IMG/VR virus record: IMGVR_UViG_3300020404_002650
Span: 1,728-65,727 of that record
From: a virus
Lineage: Duplodnaviria; Caudoviricetes
Length of the DNA: 64,000 bases
Direction: 5' to 3' (one strand)
Positions 52,585 through 62,732 of this stretch are shown in pieces; the stretch's first letter is position 1, and every line of letters starts with the position of its first letter. The notes under the pieces are model-generated. The model was not told the DNA's origin. It saw nothing but the letters and a program-made list of their open reading frames with translations, and made no database searches. A program made the translations under genes and the position numbers.

Positions 52585-53941
52585 TTACAAAGCAGACGCA
52601 CTGAAGGCCAAGGATAAATTAAAGCAAATTTCTCCCACGATGTGTCTGGCAAAATGGAACCAGACGTCACTGCATCTGCCAACAGGCATGACCAACTCCT
52701 GTTATCATCCACCACTGCACAACATTGACGCAAGGCAACTGGAGAGGAATCCGGCCGCACTGCACAACACAGTGGAAAAACTGGAACAAAGATTTCAAAT
52801 GCTACAAGGCGAACGTCCCAAAGGATGTTCATACTGCTGGAAACTGGAGGACACCGGTGAGATGTCGGACAGGCACTACAGGTCCGGGGAGCCATGGGCC
52901 ATGCAGGACTTCGAGCAGATCAAACAGAATCCAATGACAACAAGTTGGACACCGAGGTATGTGGAGGTAAACTTTAACAACGCTTGTAACTTCAAGTGTA
53001 GTTACTGTTCTCCGCAATTCTCAACAACGTGGGGCAAGGAGGTGGAACGTTATGGCCAATATCCGACCACCCCTCCCCACAATGCACCAGAGCACTTTCA
53101 GGGCAGGAGACGTCCGATACCGAACAGGGAGGAAAACCCCTATGTGACAGCGTTCTGGAAATGGTGGCCCACATTGTACAAGAATCTTAAACACTTCCGC
53201 ATGACCGGAGGCGAACCCATGATGGACAAAAACACCTACAAGGTGTTCCAATACATAATAGATCATCCAAAAGCGGACCTACACCTTAACGTCACAAGCA
53301 ACATGTGTCCACCGGACAAGAAGTTAAAAGAGAAGTATTTCAACATGGCACAGACGATTTGTATGCAGGAGAAAGTGGAACACATGATGCAGTTTGTTAG
53401 CGTTGATGCATTTGGTAAACGTGCAGAATACATACGTGACGGCCTGGATTTCAATTACATGATGGACAACGTCGAGGAATTCCTAGATAGAATACCTGTG
53501 CGTAATTCGATAACATTTATCTGCACATACAACAATCTCAGCATCACAAGTATGGATAAACTGCTGGAGAAGATACTTGAACTGCGAACAAAGTACAGCA
53601 AGACCTATCAGCGTGTATGGTTCGATGTGCCACTGTTGCGGCAACCTGCTTGGCAACAGATCACACTTTTGCCCGAGTCCTATCAGAGCATACATGAGGC
53701 CAACATAGAATACATGAAAAATAATTCTGGCGAGGACAACGGGTTGCACATATTCAAGGATTTTGAAATTCAGAAGATGCAGAGGAATCTCGCATATTGG
53801 CGCGAAAACGCTGACGCAAGTACGCAAAATAAAAAAAACTTTTACGCTTTTTTTACTGAACACGATCGCAGACGTACTACAAGATTTTTAAACACATTTC
53901 CAGAAATGGAAGATTTTTGGGCGGAGTGCAGTAATATATGA
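52571..53941 (+). CDS. Radical SAM enzyme 1 with N-terminal Cys-rich (SPASM/twitch-like) segment
   Basis: CNFKCSYC, GGEP; N-terminal CLAKW..SCYH..CSYCW; GTG start. Confidence 0.9.
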   Translation: MSTSDYKADALKAKDKLKQISPTMCLAKWNQTSLHLPTGMTNSCYHPPLHNIDARQLERNPAALHNTVEKLEQRFQMLQGERPKGCSYCWKLEDTGEMSDRHYRSGEPWAMQDFEQIKQNPMTTSWTPRYVEVNFNNACNFKCSYCSPQFSTTWGKEVERYGQYPTTPPHNAPEHFQGRRRPIPNREENPYVTAFWKWWPTLYKNLKHFRMTGGEPMMDKNTYKVFQYIIDHPKADLHLNVTSNMCPPDKKLKEKYFNMAQTICMQEKVEHMMQFVSVDAFGKRAEYIRDGLDFNYMMDNVEEFLDRIPVRNSITFICTYNNLSITSMDKLLEKILELRTKYSKTYQRVWFDVPLLRQPAWQQITLLPESYQSIHEANIEYMKNNSGEDNGLHIFKDFEIQKMQRNLAYWRENADASTQNKKNFYAFFTEHDRRRTTRFLNTFPEMEDFWAECSNI

Positions 53942-54540
53942 AAAGTATAGGATTTTTTGGAGACAGTTTTTGTGCAAGTAATCAACCCGAGAGTTGGTGC
54001 AATATACTTCAGGAAAAACTAGGCGCCAATCGAATAAGGTGGTTCGGTGAGCCTGGGAGAAGCATATGGAGTGCAATGTTTAGATTCAATAGATTAATAC
54101 AACAAGATAGGGTACCGGATATATCTATATTTTGCTGGACAGAGCCTTACAGATTGTACCATCCCAATTTAATTTTGAGTGCAAATACACAACCATTGGA
54201 GGGAGTAGATCCAAAAGTATATGAGACCTTAGACAACTATTGGAAATATCTACACAACTACGATAAAGACGAAATGGCATACGAATATGCCCTAAAGTAT
54301 TACGATCAAAATGTGCTGTCAAAAGTTAAAAGTGAGATAGTACAGATGTGGAGTTTCCGCCCTTTTGAAACCGCTGACAAAGATGCAGGAATAAAATTAT
54401 CCACAGGCACATTCATAGACGAAAGCATATTCGAATTTAGTGGGGGTAACGACAACTGGGGCAAAGGCACTATCAACCATATGACAGTGGAACAGAATCA
54501 ACAATGGGCAGAAAAGATTTATGGACGACTTACAATTTAA
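53938..54540 (+). CDS. SGNH/GDSL hydrolase-like protein
   Basis: FGDSF block I, WTEPYR, C-terminal NH. Confidence 0.65.
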   Translation: MKSIGFFGDSFCASNQPESWCNILQEKLGANRIRWFGEPGRSIWSAMFRFNRLIQQDRVPDISIFCWTEPYRLYHPNLILSANTQPLEGVDPKVYETLDNYWKYLHNYDKDEMAYEYALKYYDQNVLSKVKSEIVQMWSFRPFETADKDAGIKLSTGTFIDESIFEFSGGNDNWGKGTINHMTVEQNQQWAEKIYGRLTI

Positions 54541-55864
54541 AAAGCAAAAGTTAGATACTAAATCCGCAAGTTTTTGTGCGGCCAAGTGGTACAACGCAAC
54601 TATCTGGTTGGGCAGTGGTATGACCACAAGTTGCCACCATCCTTTACCTCACAAAATTGATCTTGAGGAGATCAAGACAAATCCGAGCGCCATACACAAC
54701 ACACGGCAAAAGAAAGAGCAACGTAGGCAAATGCAGTGTGGTGATAGGCCTGCAGGATGTGAATATTGCTGGAAGATAGAGGACATCGGCAGAGACGCAA
54801 TCAGTGACAGGGTATATAAATCAAAAATTTACACTGATAAGGAATTGGACGACGCATACAAATCAGATCATAACAGAAATTTTAATTTAAGGACCTTGGA
54901 AATTGCTTTTGATAGAGTGTGTCAGTTTGCCTGCACATATTGTAATCCTGCTTTTAGTACAACATGGGCAAACAACATTAAAAATCAAGGACCATATATG
55001 AGCCTAATGTCTGATGGACGTAACCACTTCACTCATGCACATGATTCAGCGGAACCATACAAAAAAGATGAGACCAATCCTTATGTCGAGGCATTTTATA
55101 AATGGTGGGAGAGCGATCTGCATAAAACACTAGACGAATTGCGTATCACGGGAGGAGAACCAATGATGTCTCCTAACCTATGGAGACTGCTTGATTGGAT
55201 AGAAACGCAAGGTGACAAAATGAGACCTGGTATGCGTATTGCAATAAATTCAAATCTTGGCGCCAAACAAAGTATTATTGATAGATTCAAAAACAAACTG
55301 AAAGGATTTAAAAACTTTCATTTGTATACAAGTTGTGAAGCAACATTTAAACAAGCAGAGTATATCAGAGATGGACTCAATTATGGAGAATGGCACTCTA
55401 ATCTGTTACATATGATGGTTGATAAAGTTCCATCTGAAATTCATAATATGTGTACCATAAATGCCTTGTGTTTAGAATCATTGCCTGAATTTTTAGAGAA
55501 AATGGTTTGGTTTAAAACAGCAAGTGCAATATATGGACCAACCATCAATTACACACTTAACATTTTGAGATTTCCTAGTTTTCAATCGCCGCTAGTACTA
55601 CCGGATGACTTAAGGAATAAATTTAAAATGGACCTGGTAAAGTTTTTAAGTAAGAATGAAAAATATTTAGAACAAATGGAAGTGAATCATACACAAAGAT
55701 TAATAGATTATTTAGATGTAGTGAAGACACCACACGCAGGTGCGGCCGAACAAAGCAAACTGCAAAAGGATTTCAAGGCATTTTACAGCCAATATGACAA
55801 ACGACAAGGAAAGGACTTTGAAAAGACTTTCCCAATTATAGGAGAATGGTACCGTGGCATATGA
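54521..55864 (+). CDS. Radical SAM enzyme 2
   Basis: CQFACTYC, GGEP; CAAKW..SCHH..CEYCW. Confidence 0.9.
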   Translation: MDDLQFKKQKLDTKSASFCAAKWYNATIWLGSGMTTSCHHPLPHKIDLEEIKTNPSAIHNTRQKKEQRRQMQCGDRPAGCEYCWKIEDIGRDAISDRVYKSKIYTDKELDDAYKSDHNRNFNLRTLEIAFDRVCQFACTYCNPAFSTTWANNIKNQGPYMSLMSDGRNHFTHAHDSAEPYKKDETNPYVEAFYKWWESDLHKTLDELRITGGEPMMSPNLWRLLDWIETQGDKMRPGMRIAINSNLGAKQSIIDRFKNKLKGFKNFHLYTSCEATFKQAEYIRDGLNYGEWHSNLLHMMVDKVPSEIHNMCTINALCLESLPEFLEKMVWFKTASAIYGPTINYTLNILRFPSFQSPLVLPDDLRNKFKMDLVKFLSKNEKYLEQMEVNHTQRLIDYLDVVKTPHAGAAEQSKLQKDFKAFYSQYDKRQGKDFEKTFPIIGEWYRGI

Positions 55865-57143
55865 TTACGGGGCAAAAGAGCCTGAAAAATTAAAAATTAA
55901 GGACATGACGGACCGTCAGAAGGAACTCCTGATAGAAAGTGACACTTTCTGTATGCTTCCTTGGATGCATCTCCATGCATACCCTGATGGCAGGGCATAC
56001 CCTTGTTGTTTTAGTTTTGATCGCTATCCGGTTGGAGACTTCAACAAAAACAGTATGAAGGAAGTTTTCAACAATGATAAAATGAAGGAAATGCGTAGGA
56101 ACATGTTGTCAGGTAAGAAATGCAAACAGTGTGTGAAGTGTTATGACCAAGAAGACTCAGGGTTCTTTTCATTGCGTTTAAGTTCAAACAAGCATTTTGG
56201 ACACAACATTGATTTAGTAGATTCAACCCAAGCAGACGGTACCGCAGACTTTGTAATGAAATATTGGGATATAAGATTTAGCAATATATGTAATTTTGCA
56301 TGTAGAAGTTGTGGAACATGGTTTAGTTCTAATTGGTATGAGGATCATATTAAAATAAATGGTGGCCCACCTAACCATGCCAAGATAATAAAAGTTGGCA
56401 GGAAAGCAGACGATATGTGGGAACAGGTTTTGGAAAATATCGATCATGCTGAACAATTTTATTTTGCAGGTGGAGAACCATTGATAATGGAAGAGCATTA
56501 TAGGATTTTAAAAGAATTAGATAGAAGAAAGGCATATCATATTAGATTGATATACAATACTAATTTTTCACGCCTTAAATTCAAAGACATGGATGTATTA
56601 GAATTATGGAATAAATTTGATTCTGTATCTGTTGGTGCCAGTCTTGACGCTGAAGGGCCACGTGCAGAGTTGATGCGTACCGGCACTAAATGGGAACAGA
56701 CTATTGCCAATAGAAAAAGAATGATGGAAGTATGTCCAAAGGTCGACTTTTATATTTCTTCGACTGTGAGTCTTCCAAATGCATTTCACGTTGCAGACTT
56801 TCATAGGAGTTGGGTAGAGCAAGGCCTAATCAAACCACAGGATTTTAACTATAACCTTTTACAAATGCCAACTTGGCAAAGAATGGACATTCTTCCATTA
56901 GAATTTAAAGAACAGATCAAAGAAAAATATACAACACATTTAAAATGGTTAAAGGAACAGGATCATCTTACTCGTGCTAGTAAGGGATATGAATCTGCTT
57001 TGGATTGGATGTTCAAGAAAGATAATACTAGGCATCTTCCATGGTTTTTTGAAAGAACGAAGAAGTATGACGAAGTAAGAAATGAAAAATTTATAGAGGT
57101 GTTCCCTGAATGGAAGGAACTTTTTGACAAATATGACAAATAG
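55854..57143 (+). CDS. Radical SAM enzyme 3
   Basis: CNFACRSC, GGEP; CMLPW..PCC..CVKC. Confidence 0.9.
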   Translation: MAYDYGAKEPEKLKIKDMTDRQKELLIESDTFCMLPWMHLHAYPDGRAYPCCFSFDRYPVGDFNKNSMKEVFNNDKMKEMRRNMLSGKKCKQCVKCYDQEDSGFFSLRLSSNKHFGHNIDLVDSTQADGTADFVMKYWDIRFSNICNFACRSCGTWFSSNWYEDHIKINGGPPNHAKIIKVGRKADDMWEQVLENIDHAEQFYFAGGEPLIMEEHYRILKELDRRKAYHIRLIYNTNFSRLKFKDMDVLELWNKFDSVSVGASLDAEGPRAELMRTGTKWEQTIANRKRMMEVCPKVDFYISSTVSLPNAFHVADFHRSWVEQGLIKPQDFNYNLLQMPTWQRMDILPLEFKEQIKEKYTTHLKWLKEQDHLTRASKGYESALDWMFKKDNTRHLPWFFERTKKYDEVRNEKFIEVFPEWKELFDKYDK

Positions 57144-58470
57144 GATCAAACCTAATGAGGGCAATAAAACATTTTGCATGGCCCCGTGGACACACACTTA
57201 CCTATCCCCACAGATGGAGAGAAGGTTGTGTTGCAGTTCTAGAGAGTCATCGGAAAACTTCAAGCAATACATAGACACGATAGATCCAAAAGGACACAAT
57301 GATAAGATAAATCTTACCTCACTAGAACAACACTGGAATTCAGACTATATGAAAAGCGTGAGGTTAAAGTTATTAGCAGGCGAAGAAATACCGCAGTGTG
57401 CTGTGTGCAATCACAAACTATTAAATGAACAGGTATATAGGCAACACTTCAATTGGCTGTATAGAAATAAAATTGACGAAGCATTTGACAGCACAGACGA
57501 AACAGGTGCCACGACTATGCAGACAGAAAGTTTTGATTATAGATTTTCTAACCTGTGCAACTTCAGTTGTAGGATGTGTGGCGATATGTTAAGCAGTAGT
57601 TGGGAAACTGAAAACAAAAAACACGGAAAAGGCGACTACGAAAATTATAGGATCTGGGGCAGGAAAGATATCAAAGAACAATTATCTAAATTCCACGATC
57701 AACAAATAGTAAAAGAATTTACACAGGCAGTTGAGCAAAAACGTATCACAGAATTATATTGGTGCGGAGGAGAACCGTTGATGTGGAAAATACATTGGGA
57801 AGCAATGAAGAGGATCATTGAACTAGGCTATCAGGACCAAGTACTAGCAAGGTACAACTCAAACATGAGTAGAATACATTTTTACAAATACAACTTGTTT
57901 GATGATATATTGAAACACTTTCCAAAATTCCAAATATGTGCTTCCATCGATGGCACTGGGGAAATTGGAGAATACATCAGGACAGGATTGAAGTATGACG
58001 AATGGTTGTCAAACATGAAGTACGGTCTGCAATTTGTCAAACAGGAACAACAGAGAATGCAGTTGGACTTAACAATTACGTTGCCAGGTTTGTTCGACCT
58101 AGAAAACATGGTATTGTTAAGCAACGAATTGAACATTGAATTGCTTACAAAACAAGTGTTCAATTTCTCGCATGACAACGCAATGGCGCCACTGTTCATG
58201 CCTTATGATATTATGAGTGAGATAATAGATGACGCAAGAGAAAAAACTATCAAATACAAAAACTGGAAGTTGAACAACTTTTTTGGCCAATTGGAAGAAA
58301 TGCAAAAACAAAAAAGGAATAATGAACTGGTATATGACGAACAAACTTATAAGCAAGGTCAAAAACAAGGCAAAGCAGAAGTCGAAAGATTAGATAAAAT
58401 TAGAGGCACAGATATCAAAAAGATACTGTCTAAAAACAAAAGGGCATTGGAGTGGTGGACAAGTATCTAA
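57133..58470 (+). CDS. Radical SAM enzyme 4
   Basis: CNFSCRMC, GGEP; CMAPW..LCC..CAVC. Confidence 0.9.
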   Translation: MTNRIKPNEGNKTFCMAPWTHTYLSPQMERRLCCSSRESSENFKQYIDTIDPKGHNDKINLTSLEQHWNSDYMKSVRLKLLAGEEIPQCAVCNHKLLNEQVYRQHFNWLYRNKIDEAFDSTDETGATTMQTESFDYRFSNLCNFSCRMCGDMLSSSWETENKKHGKGDYENYRIWGRKDIKEQLSKFHDQQIVKEFTQAVEQKRITELYWCGGEPLMWKIHWEAMKRIIELGYQDQVLARYNSNMSRIHFYKYNLFDDILKHFPKFQICASIDGTGEIGEYIRTGLKYDEWLSNMKYGLQFVKQEQQRMQLDLTITLPGLFDLENMVLLSNELNIELLTKQVFNFSHDNAMAPLFMPYDIMSEIIDDAREKTIKYKNWKLNNFFGQLEEMQKQKRNNELVYDEQTYKQGQKQGKAEVERLDKIRGTDIKKILSKNKRALEWWTSI

Positions 58471-59618
58471 AATCAAACATTTGTCCATTGCCATGGACGC
58501 ATCTCGAGGTGGATGTAAATGGAGGTGCATCTCCTTGTTGTCTATACAAGGGAAGTGTACCTGGTGTAAAGGTCTATGAGCAGAGTTTGAAATCCATTCA
58601 AGACAGTGAGTATATGGACAAACTTCGAGAAAAATTCCGTAAGGGCGAGAGACCAAGTGGCTGTGCAAACTGTTGGGCGGAAGAGGACGCAGGCAAGACA
58701 AGTAAAAGGCAAAATTCATTGTACAAGATGTCAAAAACTTTGAAAGACTGGACACCTAGTAGCGAGCCAAATCTCAAATTCATAGACTTTAAGTTAGGCA
58801 ACGTGTGTAATTTAAAGTGCAGAATCTGTGGATCGTGGAGTTCGTCTAAATGGGCTCAAGAAGAAATGGACTATGGCGACAATCCTGTGGCACTAAAAAA
58901 TTTACGTGAGGGCGGCTGGCCAAAACGTAATCCGCAATTTTTTGAGGAGTTACAGGAAGACCTCAAGCACGTGGAGTATTTTGAATTCACTGGAGGCGAA
59001 CCTTTCATGATCAAGGACCATTTCAAGATACTGATGCACTGCGTTGAGAAGGGATATGCAAAGAACATCGATATACATTACAATACCAACGGAACGCAAC
59101 TTCCACCACAGGAAATTTTTGATCTGTGGTCATACTTTAAGCACGTCGAAATAGCATTTTCGATAGACGACATAGGACCTGCTTTTGAATATCAGAGGCA
59201 TCCTGCCAATTGGCGTGAGGTAAGTGCAAACCTGGTCAAGTTCAAGGAACGCAAAACAGAAAACATGGATTTCCAGATATGCACAACTGTATCAATATTC
59301 AATGTGTTCAATTGGGCCAAGATAGCATTGTGGGTCGCCCAGTATCAGCCAAAATTTTTCTATGTAAACACCTGCTTCGATCCGGATGTGTTTAACATAC
59401 AAACTCTGCCACAGCAAATAAAAGACATCGTTGATACGAGATATCATATGTTGACGGATTTCCAACCATCATTGAGGTACATGAATGCGGCTGACAGAGA
59501 TACACCGGAAATACGTGAACAAAGGAAAGCAAGGATATTGCAGACTGACAAGTACAGGAAAGAAAATTTTGGAGATACGTTTCCACTTTTAAATAAGGTT
59601 TTACAAATATATGAATAA
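58452..59618 (+). CDS. Radical SAM enzyme 5
   Basis: CNLKCRIC, GGEP, YNTNG; CPLPW..PCC..CANCW. Confidence 0.9.
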   Translation: MVDKYLKSNICPLPWTHLEVDVNGGASPCCLYKGSVPGVKVYEQSLKSIQDSEYMDKLREKFRKGERPSGCANCWAEEDAGKTSKRQNSLYKMSKTLKDWTPSSEPNLKFIDFKLGNVCNLKCRICGSWSSSKWAQEEMDYGDNPVALKNLREGGWPKRNPQFFEELQEDLKHVEYFEFTGGEPFMIKDHFKILMHCVEKGYAKNIDIHYNTNGTQLPPQEIFDLWSYFKHVEIAFSIDDIGPAFEYQRHPANWREVSANLVKFKERKTENMDFQICTTVSIFNVFNWAKIALWVAQYQPKFFYVNTCFDPDVFNIQTLPQQIKDIVDTRYHMLTDFQPSLRYMNAADRDTPEIREQRKARILQTDKYRKENFGDTFPLLNKVLQIYE

Positions 59619-60381
59619 AAAACTTTTGATATCGGGTTGCAGTTATGGGGTGGTGTATTCAGAGATACAGGATGATCTTAAAAAGATTTTCAACGTAGAT
59701 GAAGTTGTGAATTTGTCACAGAATGGCGGATCTCCGGACAGGGCAATCAGGGTAGCAATAGAATGGATAGCACAAAACGGCAAACCTGACATGTTGATAC
59801 TGCCCGTAAGTCATTACAATAGATTTGATTTGCCAATCGCAGAACGGATGGATCCTTTACACAATTTGCATTTTAGGTCTACCTGGCATATGGATCTTAG
59901 CAAAAATTATGGTTCTGCTACGCCTATCGATCCAAAATTTGATAGAGATAATCTACAAACATTTTTAAAGACGGGAGTGCTAGTTCATCAAAATGATTAC
60001 CCGGCACACGATTATTTGTTCGTAAAACTAATAACATTCCAATCATTTTTACAACTTAACAAAATTAAGCACTTGATTTTTGATACAGGAAACTATTATG
60101 AAAAGTTATGGAATACACAACAACCAGGAATGCAAAAAAGAAAATTGATTGAGAACTGCAAAGGCATTTACAAACTATTTTCTTTTTGTTCTAATGTGTG
60201 GATGTATAACCAACTGACAGATAAAGAAAAAATAGATTACATACCCTGGTGGAAGCCACAGGGGAAAAAGCCATTGGGTAAGATAGTACCAGATACCGTT
60301 GCCGCGACAATACATTTCCAAAAGCAAGAAGTGGTAAAACTTATGCAACATCTGAAAAAGGAAGGAGCAGTGCATGAGTAA
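59611..60381 (+). CDS. SGNH hydrolase-like protein
   Basis: ISGCSY, NLSQNGGS, C-terminal His. Confidence 0.6.
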   Translation: MNKKLLISGCSYGVVYSEIQDDLKKIFNVDEVVNLSQNGGSPDRAIRVAIEWIAQNGKPDMLILPVSHYNRFDLPIAERMDPLHNLHFRSTWHMDLSKNYGSATPIDPKFDRDNLQTFLKTGVLVHQNDYPAHDYLFVKLITFQSFLQLNKIKHLIFDTGNYYEKLWNTQQPGMQKRKLIENCKGIYKLFSFCSNVWMYNQLTDKEKIDYIPWWKPQGKKPLGKIVPDTVAATIHFQKQEVVKLMQHLKKEGAVHE

Positions 60382-61189
60382 TAAAAAATTTATAGCAGGC
60401 GGTTGTAGTTTTACTTTCGGGCATGAACTTGGAGACGAGCAGGACGGCAAAGTGCCATCTAAGAAATCATGGGCCTATAGACTGTATGACCAAATTCCAG
60501 ATAAAGACAAAACATTCATTAACACCGCATGCGGTGGCATAGGCAACTGTGGAATAGCAAGGAGGGTATTTCAGGAAGTATCAAAGCATCCGCCAATGGA
60601 CATAGGCGGCGTGTTTGTGATGTGGACATTTGCTTCAAGGTATGACTGGGCATTTCCTAGGTATGCAGGGTTGGAAAACAGCAGGTGGGCATCTATCACT
60701 CCATGGGACACAAAGATGGGTTTTGAGGAGAGGCACAAGGCACTTGCAAATTCTGAAATTCAACAACAGCAATATGACAGTAGATCTCAAAAATACCAAA
60801 AGGCAGGTGTGGCGCCATTTGCAGATGCATTGTACAGGTACGCCGCAAACCAGTTCCATGAACTATATCTAACCTACAACGCTATTATTTGGTTACAGAA
60901 TCTTTTACAAAAAAAGAAAATACCATTTATGTTTACTCTGGCCGACAATAGCCTGTTCTACGATAAGATGGAGGAACACAGGAAACACGAGCCGTTGTTG
61001 AATGCACTACACAACGAAATTGATTTTACCAGATGGGCAAGTTTTGGTGAAAGAATGATGGGATTCAACCAATGGTCTTTGTTGAATGATTACGAAAGAG
61101 GGACAACACATCCACTAGACAAAGCACACAGAGATGCTATAATGTTATTGTTACCAAAGTTTAAAGAATACATAGGAGAAAAGAAATGA
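60374..61189 (+). CDS. SGNH hydrolase-like protein
   Basis: GGCSFTFG, N.A.GG.GN, MWT...R, THP...H. Confidence 0.7.
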   Translation: MSNKKFIAGGCSFTFGHELGDEQDGKVPSKKSWAYRLYDQIPDKDKTFINTACGGIGNCGIARRVFQEVSKHPPMDIGGVFVMWTFASRYDWAFPRYAGLENSRWASITPWDTKMGFEERHKALANSEIQQQQYDSRSQKYQKAGVAPFADALYRYAANQFHELYLTYNAIIWLQNLLQKKKIPFMFTLADNSLFYDKMEEHRKHEPLLNALHNEIDFTRWASFGERMMGFNQWSLLNDYERGTTHPLDKAHRDAIMLLLPKFKEYIGEKK

Positions 61190-61290
61190 TTGCATGGTTC
61201 AAAAAAATGATTAACAAGTTAAGAGAAGAGATCAAGTACAGGAAAAGATTAAAAGAACTTAAGAAAAAAGACCCGTTTATATACAAGTAA
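61186..61290 (+). CDS. Small basic peptide (34 aa) ending DPFIYK
   Basis: MIAWFKKMINKLREEIKYRKRLKELKKKDPFIYK*; AGGAG RBS; ATGA overlap with the upstream stop. Confidence 0.65.
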   Translation: MIAWFKKMINKLREEIKYRKRLKELKKKDPFIYK

Positions 61291-61291
61291 A

Positions 61292-61969
61292 ATGGAAATT
61301 CTGAATAGAGAGAAACTGAAAGAAGTTTTGCAAAGATGGAAAGAGCATCCATCTATTACAGGACTTATGGAAAAATTTTCACAGTTGCAATCATACACAA
61401 ACAAAAATTACAAAAATTTAGAATTATATACTAAACAGAAAATCAAAGAATCAAAATACGAACTGGTCGAATTGCCATACATTGATGTCTCGGAAGATCC
61501 TGTGCGACCTGAACTAGACTTGGCTTTTAGGCAATCTTATGGTAGAAAGATTTACGGTTTGAAAGACGATGTTGGAGAAATATCTGCTGTGATGTGTTTT
61601 GCATTTACTAATGAAGTACCAAAAACAATAGAAGAAATGGATAGTTTAAGTTATGACGCCGCTTTACAATCAGTACACAGGGCAGGTATACAAGGTTCAA
61701 TAGCCATAGCCTACACTGTGTGGGCAAAGAAAAAAGGCGGTGGTAGGGCCATAGTCAACGAGGTGTATAAAATGGTCAAAAAGTCAAATCATTTAAATCG
61801 ATTGGTTACACTATCTCCTCTTACAAAAATGGCAAGGAATTTTCATATTAAAAATGGTGCTAAAGAATTACAAGTAAATGAAAAATCACAAAATTTTGAA
61901 TATGATATTACATTAGAAGATTGGGAAACAGCACTAGTAAAAGCAAAAGGATTTCTAAAAGTCAAATGA
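61292..61969 (+). CDS. Hypothetical protein, GNAT-like C-terminus
   Basis: EDPVRP, AYTVW...GGGR, LVTLSP...RNFHIKNGA. Confidence 0.55.
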   Translation: MEILNREKLKEVLQRWKEHPSITGLMEKFSQLQSYTNKNYKNLELYTKQKIKESKYELVELPYIDVSEDPVRPELDLAFRQSYGRKIYGLKDDVGEISAVMCFAFTNEVPKTIEEMDSLSYDAALQSVHRAGIQGSIAIAYTVWAKKKGGGRAIVNEVYKMVKKSNHLNRLVTLSPLTKMARNFHIKNGAKELQVNEKSQNFEYDITLEDWETALVKAKGFLKVK

Positions 61970-62301
61970 ATTGTCTAGGATTATTTTTAGCAGTGTCCAT
62001 GCACGTGGGCCTCGAAGCAAATTACAACAACATACATCCTCACGCAAGATGCACAGTAGATAACAAAATAGCAGGTGTGTTTTATAATTCAGAAGATAAA
62101 GCAAGTGCCTATGTGGGTCGACAGTTTGAGTTGGACGAATATTGGAATTTGGAATTAGGACTTGTTACAGGATATGATCACGGCACAGTGGTACCAATGG
62201 TAAGATACAAAGCAGGTGGCCTCTTTATATCTCCTGCATATGAACGTCATAACGGTGATGAAAATTACGGAATTGTAATAGGCTGGGAAATAGGAAAATG
62301 A
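61966..62301 (+). CDS. Small putative outer-membrane beta-barrel protein (PagP-like motifs)
   Basis: Hydrophobic N-terminus, SMH...YNNIHP, GVFYNS, LGLVTGY, alternating beta pattern. Confidence 0.4.
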   Translation: MNCLGLFLAVSMHVGLEANYNNIHPHARCTVDNKIAGVFYNSEDKASAYVGRQFELDEYWNLELGLVTGYDHGTVVPMVRYKAGGLFISPAYERHNGDENYGIVIGWEIGK

Positions 62302-62732
62302 AGATATTGATCATGGGCCTGCCAGGTTCGGGCAAAACGACTTTGGCAAAACTACTTGCACCAATGTTTAACGCTGTCTATATAAATGGCGATGAAGTAA
62401 GGAAGGATGCCGACGATTGGGATTTCACAGCAGAAGGCAGGAATAGGCAATCCTTGAGGATGTGGACGTTGGCAGAGGAGGCCATTGATGCCAACAGGAC
62501 CGTTGTAGCAGACTTTATCTGTCCAACAGAAGAGACCAGGAAACAATTTGGTGCAGATTATACAGTATGGATGGATACTATCAAAGAAGGAAAATACGAA
62601 GACACAAATAAAATGTTCGAAGCACCTAGCAAATATGATTTTAAAGTTGGACACATGGAAGCAGACATGTGGGCATTTCTTATTAAACAAGACATATTAG
62701 ACATGCATGGCAACCTAGGACCACACAGATGA
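62298..62732 (+). CDS. cysC: Adenylyl-sulfate kinase-like P-loop kinase (short)
   Basis: GLPGSGKTT, NGDEVR, DF...GR, DFICP, FEAP. Confidence 0.75.
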   Translation: MKILIMGLPGSGKTTLAKLLAPMFNAVYINGDEVRKDADDWDFTAEGRNRQSLRMWTLAEEAIDANRTVVADFICPTEETRKQFGADYTVWMDTIKEGKYEDTNKMFEAPSKYDFKVGHMEADMWAFLIKQDILDMHGNLGPHR

